Source: Podarcis tiliguerta (lineage: Eukaryota). From it: a DNA stretch of 64,000 nt. The DNA lies in NCBI GenBank assembly GCA_965153285.1, contig OZ229113.1. One strand, written 5' to 3'. The notes beneath the pieces were generated by a model. That model did no database searches. It saw only the letters and a list, made by a program, of their open reading frames with translations, and was not told where the DNA came from. This document shows, piece by piece, positions 1-12,390 of the stretch (within the stretch, counting starts at the first letter, position 1; every line of letters begins with the position of its first letter). The position numbers and the translations under genes are program-made.

Positions 1-69
1 GGGTCTCTGTTGAGGGCAGTAAAGAGTTAAGACCCAAAATTGCTCTAACCCAAGGGAGGGTGGGTGAGT

Positions 70-270
70 GGAAAGCTCTCAAAGCAAAATGCCTGTGAGA
101 TCCATGGGAAGCAGCCTTATAAAGCATGGGAAGCAGCCTTCATGGGACAGCTTTTTCCCATGATCCCATCACACAGAGAAGATACTGGACAAAACCTTGT
201 CCAGTATTTTGCTGCAATCTATGGGCCATAGCGCCACTGGGCAAAGGCGTCCCGTGCTTATTGGGCATGG
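70..270. repeat. Unclassified interspersed repeat, copy 1 (probably extends past window start)
   Basis: Colinear similarity to 35958-36170 (GCTCTCAAAGCAAAATG...CCCATCACACAGAGAAGATACTGGACAAAA...TATTGGGCA). Contains a perfect 11-bp hairpin ATACTGGACAA/TTGTCCAGTAT at 182-207. Confidence 0.8.
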
Positions 271-439
271 AAAGGGTCTTAATAGATTTTCTAGTTGTAA
301 CCTCTCTGTGGGGATATTTACTATATATTTATTTTCTTTTTATGAAAACAAAAATGGTTATACGCAAAGAGAATTCATTTCTAAATAAGCAGGACTTTAC
401 AGTCCATTGAAATAGTCATGTATCTGATGACCTTCTTAT

Positions 440-640
440 GAAACTGCTTTATGCTTATCCATAGAACCATCCAGCTCATCCACTCTGACTGGTAGCAGTT
501 CTTCAGGTTTCAGATATTCAGTACATAACTGGCTCAGTATTACTCCGAGCATATTGGGTGAGCAAGAAATTGAACCTGGGTCACTCAAGTACTAGTCCTA
601 CCTTCTAACGACTAAATCACAGTGATTCTCCTTTAGCTAA
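440..640 (-). mobile_element. Degraded tRNA-derived SINE
   Basis: Reverse B-box remnant (ATTGAACCTGGG near 569-580) and body similar to the copies at 13735-13925 and 46222-46405. Confidence 0.45.
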
Positions 641-2415
641 GTGAATGGGGCTCATTATGGAGATCTCACTAAAAAGTTGGTACTTTCCAATGAAAATGTA
701 AATTCTTTATAATTTTCTGTAGCATACCTTTCCTAGTGGCAATGAGATATTTCTGCAGATCTGCTTGGCCTTTAAATACTTCAACCTCACAGAACACAAT
801 CTTTCCCCATCTTTCTAAATTGCCATAACCCTATTATATAAATGGAGGAGGTCCAGAAATTCTTAGCCAAGTGTTTATTGCAGTAGTGATGTCAGCAGAT
901 CATAGTATTTACACACATACCCCGCCACCACAAGAACTATACAAGCGGTATTAACTTATAGCTAAACTGAGCATTCAAAATGTAATTTGCTTCCAAATAA
1001 TGAACAATTTTGAATTGGCTGTTCCAATTAATTTGCAGCACAGAAGGTGGAGCTGCTGACAGCATCATACTGAGTTATGAATATGGCAAGAGAAAATTAA
1101 TACTCATATAAAGTGTAAAACATATAATCAAACTTACATTATCCATCCAGATCCACATATGTTGGTTCACACTGAACATGTTTAGAAACAGCAAGCAGAA
1201 ATAATCAAGAAACAGCTGGTTGTGAAAGTAATAAAAATAAGAATAATTAAAGTCAATCTAAATGTGACTGAAATCTTGTTAACTGGTTCAGTGACACCAC
1301 AGAAGCAAACTCATTTCCTATAGAATGCATGTGGAAACTTTTCTTCCTGAAAGCTGCTAGATTGAATGGGTTCGGTGTATATATTCCTTATAACCACATC
1401 CTTCTATATCTTTTCTGGTGACATCCCCAACAAGAATAAGGACTGGTAGCTTATAATTTAGGAATGAGCCACTGTGCAGAAACACAGGAATCTAGTTCAT
1501 TGGAAAATTGTGCCTTGGAAGATCATTCCCAACATATTTAACTGATCTGTTGGCTTCCACGACACAGCCGAACTGCTCAGGTACAAGAAGAAGCACCCTA
1601 TCAAAATAAAATGCAGTTGCTGTCAGTGTTATGCCAAAATTTGTCCTCTGATTTCTCAAAATAATCTTGCTCTGGTGATTACCTGCTCTGGAATCTTTCT
1701 GAAATGTGGGTCTTGCTCCTAAAATCCAGTGCCATACCAAGCTTTACAAATGCCCCATTTCATGTGCATGTCATGATATCTCATCATGTTCTATGAAAAT
1801 CTCTTTGCTAGTGAGCATGGACAAGGGAACAGACTCCTGCTTTTGATAAGTTCATATGCAGAAATGTAAGGTTGCATGTGATACTTTTATATTTTGTTTG
1901 CTTGAAGGCTGCTTCTTCCTTAAATCTGTTCCTATTTCTTGATGTGCTCATTGCTGAAGTTCACTTGGAGTGTTAGACATTCCTGGGGATATAAAATTGG
2001 TTTCTTAAATGCTTTAAGAAAGGAACACTCACTTCAAGCAAACCCAAGTGTGATAAACACCATAGAAGAAGCTGCAATGAAACGACACAACAAAACAAAA
2101 CTTATAAACTTAACCTACAAGGCACTGTAAGCTATTTGTGAAGCAGTTTCAAAAACCTGTGTCTTGGTGTAACACTGGTTTAATGAATGCTTGTAAACAA
2201 AAATAAATAAATCATAAGCAACTTATTAAAAACAATGCAACAGAAAACAAAACATTGTTTGTTTGTTTGTGTGTGTTTGTGTGCGTGTGCTTAGTGCAGC
2301 TCTAAATACATTGCTTTTATATCAGGATTAAGCTAATATATCTCAGGCAATATTATTACCAATTAGTACAATTCACTGTTGGAAGAGCAGATTTGTCTCT
2401 GCTGCCATAACTACT

Positions 2416-3040
2416 TGTGATTCAAGGACCCGATCCCCGCTTGGGGAATGAAGACACGTGGACACAGTATATTAGGTTAATGGGCAAGAAAAGGGCACAA
2501 CTTTATTGATTACAGCATGTGAGAAGGTATTGGCTTAGGCATTGGACCATGGACAATTTGACTCCACCCACTCGGAGAGGGGTGAGTCTGCTGAGGGGTT
2601 AACCACCAGTAGGGGGAGACTGTTGATGCAAATACAACTATAAGCTGTCCCCTGATGTCACCGAGGGTCGTGCCATGGCCCCCCACCACACAGGGCATCG
2701 GACAGGATCCACGACTGCTGGATTCCTTTAACGGAATACCCAAAAGTGAAGGGATAGGCGATGGCCACACCTTGCCCTTCCATACACCAACAACACATTC
2801 CAATGGCAGATCAGGAGCAAATGGCAGGGAGAGCTGGCGTGGCTGCATTTGAGCGGCTAAACCATGCCCCCTCGGTGCCATCCGATTGGGTGCCCAAATG
2901 GGGGGCGTGGCACGCCAGCGATGGTGAGAGGGCAGGGGGCCGAACGTCCCCTGCATGATGCGGGAATCGTCTCCTGGTCACAACCCCTCCCCCCAGAAGG
3001 AGGAGAGGCTCTCCCAAGTCATGTCACAGTGAAAACATGA
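2416..3040 (-). mobile_element. Solo-LTR-like element, family copy 1
   Basis: GC-rich island starting TGTGA. Shares GGCACAACTTTATT (AATAAA on - strand, 2502-2507) and GGCTTAGGCATTGG with the copies at 6263, 25581, 41980 and 44791. Right boundary approximate. Confidence 0.65.
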
Positions 3041-3073
3041 CAGCTCAGGGGATAGCAAATAATAATACAACTA

Positions 3074-3315
3074 CAGTGGTACCTTGGGTTAAGTACTTAA
3101 TTCGTTCCAGAGGTCCGTTTTTAACCTGAAACTGTTCTTAACCTGAAGCACCACTTTCGCTAATGGGGCCTCCTGCTGCCACTGAGCCGCCGGAGCCTGA
3201 TTTCTGTTCTTATCCTGAAGCAATGTTCTTAACCTGAAGCACTATTTCTGGGTAAGCGGAGTGTGTAACCTGAAGCGTATGTAACCTGAAGCGTATGTAA
3301 CCCGAGGTACCACTG
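3074..3315. mobile_element. Tc1/mariner (Tigger-like) MITE
   Basis: 18-bp terminal inverted repeats CAGTGGTACCTTGGGTTA / TAACCCGAGGTACCACTG (1 mismatch), TA duplications at 3072-3073 and 3316-3317, internal TAACCTGAAGC repeats. Confidence 0.92.
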
Positions 3316-3375
3316 TATAGTACCATCGCACTTCTTTGACTGAAGTAAGAGATGCAACATGCCCTTATCCAGTAG

Positions 3376-3625
3376 CCAGGGTGGTGTAGTGGTTAGAGTG
3401 TCAGGCTATGAGCTGAGGGACCCGGGTTCAAGTTCCCACACAGTCATGAAGCTCACATAGTGACCTTGGACCAGATACTGCATCTCAGCCTAACTTAACT
3501 CACATCGTTGTTGTGGGGATTAAATGAGGAGTGGAAGAACCATATATGCAACCTGGAGCTCATTGATGGAAAGGTGGGACATAAACAAACAAGCAGATAA
3601 ATAAATAAATACATAAATAAATAAA
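3376..3625 (+). mobile_element. tRNA-derived SINE with (AAAT)n tail
   Basis: A-box TGGTGTAGTGG, B-box GGTTCAAGTTCC, CORE-like GTGACCTTGG segment, (AAAC)/(AAAT) tail. Confidence 0.8.
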
Positions 3626-5767
3626 ATATTTGTTAGAGCAAGACTGGGGTAAACCATAAGAACAAAATATTTTGGGCAATGGATCCAGATAGCCCCTTTT
3701 GTGATCAGGAAAAAAAATGGTTATGGAAGGAAGGGGGGGGGAACTAGCCTTTTCTTTATAACTACATTTTAGATTTATCATATTATGTTACTTTTCCTCC
3801 AAGGAGCTCCACAGGTTCATGCGGCTTCAAAACAAAATGTTGGAGAAAAAAGACACATCAGTTGGCAGACCAGTGCTAAGCAGAGTACAGGATTTATGTC
3901 TGTGTGTCAAGGGCTCTTTGGATCAGACTAGGGCCATACCCTCTGAGATGTTGCTGATTGTATTTTACCCTTTCCCCCCTGAATTTCAGGGGAACTTCTA
4001 TATATCAGGTCACTTCACAATTTTTCCAACGCTGATTTGTGGTAGTCAGTGGAAGCTGGTGCCCATTGAGACTGGTAGGGTGGAAGTCAGGGAACCTGGC
4101 AGCAAGAGGTGCCAGAGTAAATCACTGATAGAGCTAAAGACAATCTTAGGTGGAGACAACTATTTCAGCTTTTCTCCCCATCCTCCTCCCTTCAAGGGCA
4201 GCACCAAGACTAAGGAGAAGGAGGCTGACAGCCAAGACCACCCCCTGGACTGGTTGTAAGTATGGAAGCAGACAGGTAGGGGCTGTTGAGGACATTCAGG
4301 AGCCAACCATACATGCTAGGAAAGGCAAACGATTTTTTACCTATTTACAATACCAGCATTAGAAGCATAAAAAGAAAGATTTTTATTTTAGATGTTATAT
4401 ACAGAAATAAAAACTGATTAATACGTTATTGCAAGGTCTAGGTTTAAAGGGAGTGACAAAGAAATCTCAAAGCATTTGAAGAAAGTAAAAATCTTGAAAT
4501 GAATTTAATGTGAGGAAACAATACTCTCGAGTTGTTACATTTATTTCACTTCCTATGAAGGATATCAAAGCTGTTTTGCAATAAAGTATAAGGACAATAA
4601 AAACATCCACAATAAAACACATAAAACAGTTTCATATATAAACACACACTTGCAAAACATTAGTGAATATTCCTGGCATAGTCTGCAAAGTCCAAACTCT
4701 GTTTGTCTTCGTCTGGACTATAAACTCATAACTGCTCTAAACACAAGTGCAGCACAAGCCTATAAATGTCCACTGAGTTCATTGGGCTTACTCTCAGGTA
4801 AATATAGAAACACAGCCTAAAGCTTTAAAAGAGGGACAGTTTCCACTGCATTTGATCTTACCACCTCCATTACTTGAAGATATAATATTTCATTGAATCC
4901 ATATCCAGTTGTAACTGTTTGGGGATTACTCTCTGAATAGAATTTTTTGATAAATGGAAGTTTTAGTCCCATTGCAACCTAATTTATCATTGGAATTGGA
5001 GGATTTAGAGGTTTTCAAACATCTAGACAGTAATGAATTCTCTCTGGTTGCTTTAGTTTCAAAGATGAGAGGTATATATTTAATATTTGACTTGCTGACA
5101 GGGAAGAGGTGGAATCAAAAGAACTGATTAGTCACACAATCTTCAGAAATTTTACAGGTGGATACAAAATAATGCTCATCTCTTGAACTCTCTGAAGCAT
5201 AACTTCTACTTTGGGGAGACTGGAGACTTTGTAAAACAGAAAACTTCCAGCAAAACTCTTTATTCTGACACCCTATAGCTCCCTTAAGTCTTTGTCACGG
5301 ACAAAAAGACAGCTTTTTGATTGCTACTTTTCTCACATGTTCCCTGTGTTCAGTTTTGAAGACTATATCAAAACTACTCCATGGAGATTAGGAAACTCGA
5401 AAGCTTCTAAGGAAATGAAGACATCTCTACTCTGATGTTAAGCCCAAATGACATTTTGACTATTACTGAACAGGTAAATCAACATCTTCAGGTGATATAA
5501 TCCAGAAGTAATTTATACTTATTATATACTATGATTTGATTACCATTACAAATATAAGGAATGTACTACATAAATGCAACTCTTTATTTCACAATTTAAA
5601 TCCCTTGACTTTGATTTGGAGTGATGCATGATTGGTTTTGTTCATTTGGTGGGCCTACTAAGTCCCCTCTTTCCCTGAATGGCCCCCTTTGCTACCTACT
5701 AGACTATCCCATGAAAACTTCAATTTGCTTTCTACTAGAAACAAAGGAAGACTCTGTATCATTGGAG

Positions 5768-5940
5768 AGGGGCTATAGGTCAGTGGTAGAGGACACACTA
5801 TAAATGCTGAAGCTCTTAGGTTCAATCCAGGGCAAATCCAGTTTAAAAGATCAAATAGCAAGTGATGTGACGTCCGAGACCATGTCTCCACCCATCAAAG
5901 CAGGCAATGCTGGGTTAAATGGGCAAACAATTTGTCCTGG
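5768..5940 (+). mobile_element. Degraded tRNA-derived SINE
   Basis: GGGGCTATAGGTCAGTGGTAGAG head, GGTTCAATCC B-box; same family as 46222-46405. Confidence 0.6.
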
Positions 5941-6051
5941 TAATGCTGTGTTCTTTCACTTTCATGTCCTTACATAACTTTCTCTTTCTGTCAATAGACA
6001 TAGTGCAACAATGGGTCATATGTCAAGGATACAGAGCCTGTAGCCCTTGAC

Positions 6052-7318
6052 CAGAGTTGGGGAGTAAAGATGGTGTAATTTGCATCTAAGGGTAAAACTG
6101 CCTAATCCTCACTTTACCAAACAACACGGGAACCAAAACTCAGCTATCATTCAAATTCTCTGAATTTTGCAATGCAGTTCACCAGTCAATTAATGTGTTC
6201 AAAAAATGTATATTATCCACAAAAAATGTATATTCTCCAGTAAAATGTGCATAAAATGTATCTGTGTGACCAGGCAGCAACCCTCCCAGCCCCCAGGAAC
6301 CACCAGAAAGAAATAAAGACTTGTGACAACGTGTTATGGAATTAAAATTTGGCCACAACTTTATTAAACTTTCAAATGTAGGGAGACCTTGGCTTAGGCA
6401 TTGGGCGTATATCCCCCCCCCAGGCCGCCAGCTGGGGGAACTGGGGCACATCAGGGTCAATGGGATATGAGGGTACCCTGCAAGATGCATGTGTACACAG
6501 ACAGAATTATCCCCACACACAGGGTAGTTCAGTGACAACCTTTCAGTGTATGACCAGTGACACCCATACTACGACCCCTTTAAGAGGGGACCCTGGAATC
6601 ACCACCACGGGAGGGGGGTGAGTCACCACCTCACACACACACCCATTATAGGGAAGAAAAGACTAAAGGATTCCACCCAAGGCCTTAAACTGCCAAAGTT
6701 GTGACGAATCGCTACGGGGAAGACAATACCTGCCAATGCAGGAAAATTTCCTCCCGGTTCTTCATCAGCAACCAGTCAAAAGACTGTAGCAGTGCCCACT
6801 AAACAGAAGAAAAGGGTTAACCTGCAAGCAAGAAACATTAAACAAAGGGATTGAAGCTCCTGAGCCGATTGTCTGGCTGCTGCTGGCTCCACCCCCTATT
6901 TATGCAACTGGCCCCACCTCCCAGCAGTGTAAATTGACTAACTGAGGCTGGGTGTGAACCTCCAAAGAATAGCACTGAGAAGCAGGTCAGCCCACACAGC
7001 CAGTAAGTTCCCTGGGGTCCGAAGTGCTGCGCACAATCCCACAAAGGACACCCACAGTGTAAAGTGTGAGTGCTCAATATAAGTGAAAAGACCATGCAGA
7101 AATGATTTATATTAGTGTACAATGCTTTGCCAAAAGGGGGAATATTAGGCAGAACTGCATACAAAAATGTGTGTATTGGAATAAATTTGTACTAAAATAC
7201 TGATGAATTTTCATAAAATTGTTTAAATTTTTTTAAAAAAGCTAAGTGAAGTAGATTTGTGGAATTGGAGAAACAAGAAACTGAGAGGAACTGAAATGCA
7301 CAGATTCAAATATCCCTC
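6052..7318 (+). mobile_element. AT-rich non-autonomous hAT-like element interrupted by a solo LTR
   Basis: 6052-6262 and ~7076-7318 align in order to the uninterrupted copy at 51572-51985 (TTTGCAT..CCTAAT..CACTTT; AATGCAGTTC; TGAAAT..CAGATT..ATCCCT). Confidence 0.6.
6263..7035 (-). mobile_element. Solo-LTR-like element, family copy 2 (~770 bp, apparently full length)
   Basis: Ends TGTGTG...GCGCACA (TG..CA). On the - strand: TATA-like ATAAATA (~6897-6903) and AATAAA (6360-6365). Family core GGCCACAACTTTATT/GGCTTAGGCATTGG. TSD not resolved. Confidence 0.7.
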
Positions 7319-9229
7319 TGGTGATTTACAAATCCCATCAACCCCAGCCATTGGCCATGCTGGCTCAGATTGAGGGAGTTGTAGCCTAACAACATCTTAA
7401 GGGTCACACATTCCCTACCGCTTCCATATGTGAAATAGCCACCTTATTGTGCCTAATGGCTGGGAGACTGCACTTTCCTACAGATAACAAATGTTTTCCA
7501 TCTTCTCCTTTCTCCCCATATTCCTGTGTATCAGTCTGTAGATAAATGACATCACCTGCAGGCAATTTTAAGAAATGATTCTGAAATAAAACATTCTCCA
7601 TTTAACTTTGCTTCTGAAGTTGATCAGGTGACAGATGGGCAGACTGAGGAAATGCTGTTTTTAGCATGAGATTGGCACTGCTATGAACCCAAAGTTTCAC
7701 ACAGAAATCTAGGTTAAAGGCAATAAAGGTAGAGAAGCAACTTCTTTGTAGCTTTGAAGTTGAAATAGAAGTTACAGCTTCACTGTGATAGAAGTAGAAA
7801 TAGTACTGGAACCAAGCATTTTGCTGAGATACTTTCCTTTTCAAAGTGAAGTTTAGAGCACATTGCATCTTATTACTATAAGCTCTGGGGTCTGGTTCCC
7901 TATTTATTCCTAACAGACAGCTACTGAAAGCACTGAAATGGTAGCAAAACCATTCTATTAGCTCTCTTTCAGTTGCTTTGGATTGGATTTTAAGGGTGTC
8001 ATTTTTCAGCAGTCTTGCTTGAATTAAAAAGCCCAGACGAGATGCACTCAGAATGATATCTGGCCAAATATCATAGCACAATGGCATTTCAAATGCTTCC
8101 TGAAGGCTATTAAAAGTGATTCTGAAGGCTCATCTTCAAAACTGAATCCTTTCTCCTCCCATGAACAAATCTAGCCAAAAGGGATTTGTCCTTTCTATAT
8201 CCTATTCCATCCTGCTGCACATTATGAAACAAACAGGCTGGAGGGTCAGTAACCATTATTCTCTCTCTCTCCTCCCCCCCCAATGTAAACAAAATATTAT
8301 GTCCTCTTCCTTGTGTACTGATGATTGAAATCTATCCAAAAGTCAGCCTTTAATGGAATTAACCCTGGCACAGGATTCAAAGCATGGCCAATATCTCCGC
8401 CCATTATGCATGGGCAAGGAACTATGCCCTTTCACAGAGGACATATTCACAGAAAAAGTTCTATGGATGACGTATCGAATCTGCTGTGTCCTTTCCCCTA
8501 GACAGAAACTCAGATGTTATAAGAATCCTGGTTGTGGTCATTAATGAACAACTGGAGGTCATATGAATGATGTGATGCTTATTGTCTGACAGTGCAAGCC
8601 TTTTCATGCCCACTTGTGTGTAATCTCCATTGTACAATGATACTGACTCCCAAATAAATTGGATTGGACTCAATCTCCTTTCCACCAAACATGCATGGAT
8701 GAAAACTGTGTAGACAGGTGTAAATGAGTCTAATCCTCAATATCTCTACATTAAAAATGGGACGGGGACACAATTTTCAGACTAAAGCTATTAAATCTAT
8801 TAAAGCTATTAAGAGTGACTTGTAGTGTACAAATTGCATATAGTGGTTTTCAAACTGCTTCAGCCGTTTCAAAATCTTTCCTTTCTATAGAGGTGACCAC
8901 ATTTTCCTTGGAAAAGAAGTGGCTCTAATTTACAAGATTTCATTCTCCAGGAGGCATCTTGAAGGAAGGCTAAAACTTTTGATTCAAAGGACAAATGGAC
9001 AAAATATATCTAAGTGCTTTTTAGAAGAAGTGTCATTTGTTTTACAGTTGTGAGGTAAGGACATGGAAACATGGCACTGTTTCCCCCCCTCCCCCCAATA
9101 AGGATGGTTTTTGTGCTAGGCTTAAGAATGTAAAGAGCACACGTACAGCATTTTTGTGTGCAGAATTATTAACATTGGATGAAAAAAGGGGCTCCACTTG
9201 CAGAAAAGGGACAGAATAAATGCAAAATA

Positions 9230-9722
9230 CAACTAATCCAGAATGTGGCAGCTAGACTGGTGACTGGGAGTGGCTGCCGAGACCATATAACACTGGTCCT
9301 GAAAGCCTTTCACTGACTCCCAGTACGTTTCCGAGCACAATTCAAAGTGTTGGTGCTGACCTTTAAAGCTCTAAGTGCCCTCGGCCCAGTATAGCTGAAG
9401 GAGCATCTCCAACCCCATCTATCAGACCGGACACTGACGTCCTCTTCTGTGGGTCTTCTGCTGGTACCCTCACTGCGAGAAATGAAGTTACAGGGAACCA
9501 GGCAGAGTGCTATCATGGCAGTGGTGCCCTCCCTGTGGAAAACCCTCCCGTCAGATGTCAAGGAGATAAAGAAGTACAAAACTTTTAGAAGACATCTGAA
9601 GGAAGGACTGCATTGGAAAGTTGGCTGTATTGAAAAGTTTTTAATATTTGACATTTTACTATGGTTTTACATACACTGTAAGCTGCTCAGAGTAGCTGGG
9701 GAAACCCAGCTAGATGGGTGGG
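9230..9722 (+). mobile_element. L2 LINE 3' fragment
   Basis: Decayed ORF2 C-terminus (QLIQNVAARLVTG; LPVRFRAQFKVLVLTFKAL; AVVPSLWKTLP) followed by the 3' UTR and a microsatellite tail. Confidence 0.88.
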
Positions 9723-9778
9723 GAAGAAGAAGAAGAAGAAGAAGAAGAAGAAGAAGAAGAAGAAGAAGAAGAAGAAGA
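9723..9778 (+). repeat. (GAA)n microsatellite (L2 tail)
   Basis: About 18 perfect GAA units. Confidence 0.98.
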
Positions 9779-10342
9779 TTGATCACAAAGTACTGCTCAG
9801 AAAAATAATAATTCAATGGTCAATTTCACCTGTCAGGGTTTAAGGTTTGGAAACAAGAACCAGGTACCTGTGATAGGCATATATGCCACCTGGAATTCTG
9901 GTATATAACGGGGGCATATGGGACACAATTGGCTTTAATTACTTGTACCATATTAAACCCAATAACGATCTTGGTCTGTATTCCTTCTACCAGGATACAC
10001 AGATAAAATAATGTTATTTAGAGTTATTTCTGGTTGCCTATACACCATTCAGTTGACATGTATTGGCTGACTGATGAGTCCATGTAATCTATTTTGAATT
10101 GAACCTAATCATTTAGATGGAAAATGACCAAGTTAGTATACTCAAAAACTACATGGTTTTTTCAAAGCAAATAAAATGATGTAAATTGAATGAGATGCAC
10201 AGGTTGAGCCTGAAATATCTGCCACAGGCTCCAGAAGTAGATGAGTCCTGAGTAGCCATGTGAGGAGCAAAGGAAGCAAATTTGTCAATACCAATAACAG
10301 TTTCTGAAGTCCACTGATTACAAGGGGTATGAGTATGATTTA

Positions 10343-10705
10343 AGGTAAAGGTAAAGGTACCCCTGCCCATACGGGCCAGTCTTGACAGACTCTAGGGTTG
10401 TGCGCCCATCTCACTCAAAGAGGCCAAGGGCCAGCGCTGTCCGAAGACACTTCCGGGTCACGTGGCCAGCGCGACATCGCTGCTCTAGCGAGCCAGAGCC
10501 GCACACGGAAACGCCGTTTACCTTCCCGCTAGTAAGCGGTCCCTATTTATCTACTTGCACCCAGGGGTGCTTTCGAACTGCTAGGTTGGCAGGCGCTGGG
10601 ACCGAACAGCGGGAGCGCACCCCGCCGCGGGGATTCGAACCGCCGACCTTTTGATCGGCAAGCCCTAGGCACTGAGGCTTTAACCCACAGCGCCACCCAC
10701 GTCCC
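10343..10705 (-). mobile_element. Sauria SINE, full length
   Basis: On the - strand: GGGACGTGGGTGGCGCTGTGGGTTAA head, GGTTCGAATCC B-box, Bov-B-like 3' region, (ACCTTT)n tail. 14-bp TSD ATG(A/G)GTATGATTTA at 10329-10342 and 10709-10722. Confidence 0.93.
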
Positions 10706-11189
10706 TACATGGGTATGATTTAGTTTGATGCAAATCTTTATTTAGAATGTCTCCTTGAGTACCAAAGTAAACTTCATGTTAATTGTGCAAATGCAATTAA
10801 TGTGCAATTTTTATTATGTAAATTGCTCACCCAAGGAGAAGACTGGCCATCCTTGGAACCACATGGGCTATTTGTAATTTAAGGGAATGCCACAGTAGTA
10901 CCAACTGAAGCTTCTTATAAAATGCAAATAGTAGCTTTGGAAAGGGTACTTTTGTTGGAACCATTCAGTCCCCCCCCCCCCCACACACAGTGCTTCTGAT
11001 ACTGCTCAGGCTTTCCCCTGGGCTAATATTCCTTTACAATTTTTTTGCACTCACATCTAGCTAGATCCTGAGAATCTCAGGGGTCAGGAACTGGATCTGG
11101 CTGGTGAGCCAGATCATTATTTTCCCAAATCCTTTTGGACCAGATTTGAAAAGTGGTTTGTATCCACCCACCCATCAATTGCCTGATGT

Positions 11190-11690
11190 CAAAAGGAGGG
11201 CAGGTTGTCAGGAGTGTTAAACATGGACCACTGGTATCAAATTGTATGGGAAACAGCCTTACTAGAAAAGCTAACCAATAGACTGAAACTGGCATGGGGA
11301 CAAATAAAAGAGGATGCTTTCACCCTGGTATGGATCCCCTTTATTACATACACAGCCCAACAAGACAACAACAAGAATACACTGACAGCATGCAAATCAA
11401 TATGACTATCTTGACCCAAAAATACCTTCCCCACATGGAAACAAATCTCACTGCAGCCAACTAAAAGACAACCAACCACACCCTGCCCCCCCCCACTCTC
11501 ACTACCAAGGAAATATAATAAGCAAATAGAAAGAGAACCTACCTAAGTGATGCTGACATGAAACACCACACATACACTAAGTAAAAGAATATAAGTTTAA
11601 CCACACCACCCATTCTCCCCACTCTTTTTCTCCAACCTTATACTATATACAACACTAATGTCTCACAAGAAATGTAACTGATCTGTAATT
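11190..11690 (+). mobile_element. L1/Tx1-clade LINE 3' fragment
   Basis: ORF 11205-11405 (DHWYQIVWETALLEKLT...FTLVWIPFITY) has the W..E..T..F..W..F..Y pattern of non-mammalian L1 ORF2 C-termini, followed by an A/C-rich 3' UTR. Confidence 0.7.

Positions 11691-11691
<1 letters not shown>

Positions 11692-11737
<46 letters not shown>
11692..11737. repeat. (TAA)n microsatellite (tail of the - strand L2)
   Basis: About 15 TAA units. Confidence 0.97.
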
Positions 11738-11738
<1 letters not shown>

Positions 11739-12390
11739 TTTTTTAAAAAAATATTTATACCCTGCTCTCCCCAGCCAAGGCCGGGCTCAGGGCAGCTAAC
11801 AAACAATAATAAAAGCAAGTTGAATGAATACAACTTAAAAACAAGATTAAAATACAACATTAAAACATTAAAATGCAGCCTCATCACAGGAGGAGAAAGG
11901 AAAAAAGAAAGAGGGGGAGGGAATCAAATTGGCTCCAAGCCAAAGGCCAGGCAGAACAACTCTGTCTTACAGGCCCTGCGGAAAGAAATCAGACCCTGCA
12001 GGGCCCTAGTCTCATGAGACAGAGCGTTCCACCAGGTCGGAGCCAGTGTTGAAAAAGCCCTGGCTCTGGTTGCAGCTAATCTAACTTCCTTAGGACCCAG
12101 GATCTCTAGGGTGTTGCTATTTATGGACCGTAAGGTCCTCCGTGGGGCATACCGGGAGAGGCGGTCCCGTAGGTATGAGGGTCCTAGGCCATGAAAGACT
12201 TTAAAGGTAAAAACCAGCACCTTAAATCTGACCCTGTACTCCACTGGGAGCCAGTGCAGCTGGAAAAGCACTGGGTGAATATGCTGCCATGGCAGAGACC
12301 CCGTGAGGAGCCTCACTGCAGCATTCTGCACCCACTGGAGTTTCTGGGACAGCTTCAATGGCAGCCCCGCATAGAGCAAATTGCACAACC
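11738..12390 (-). mobile_element. L2 LINE 3' fragment
   Basis: ORF 11924-12427(-): CNLLYAGLP..LQWVQNAAVRLLTG..HIHPVLFQLHWLPVEYRVRFK..RAFSTLAPTWWNAL, a typical L2 ORF2 C-terminus, followed by the 3' UTR. Confidence 0.92.

Noticed and set aside
2510-3017. Several overlapping ORFs
   Set aside because: A by-product of the stop-poor, GC-rich LTR-like sequence; no gag/pol/env motifs.
7602-8087. 161-aa - strand ORF
   Set aside because: No recognisable motifs; consistent with a chance ORF.
9048-9054. 7-nt microexon (TTTTACAG|TTGTGAG|GTAAGG)
   Set aside because: Not frame-preserving and no supporting context; likely chance.
9449-9808. ORF with a poly-arginine run
   Set aside because: L2 remnant read through the (GAA)n microsatellite.
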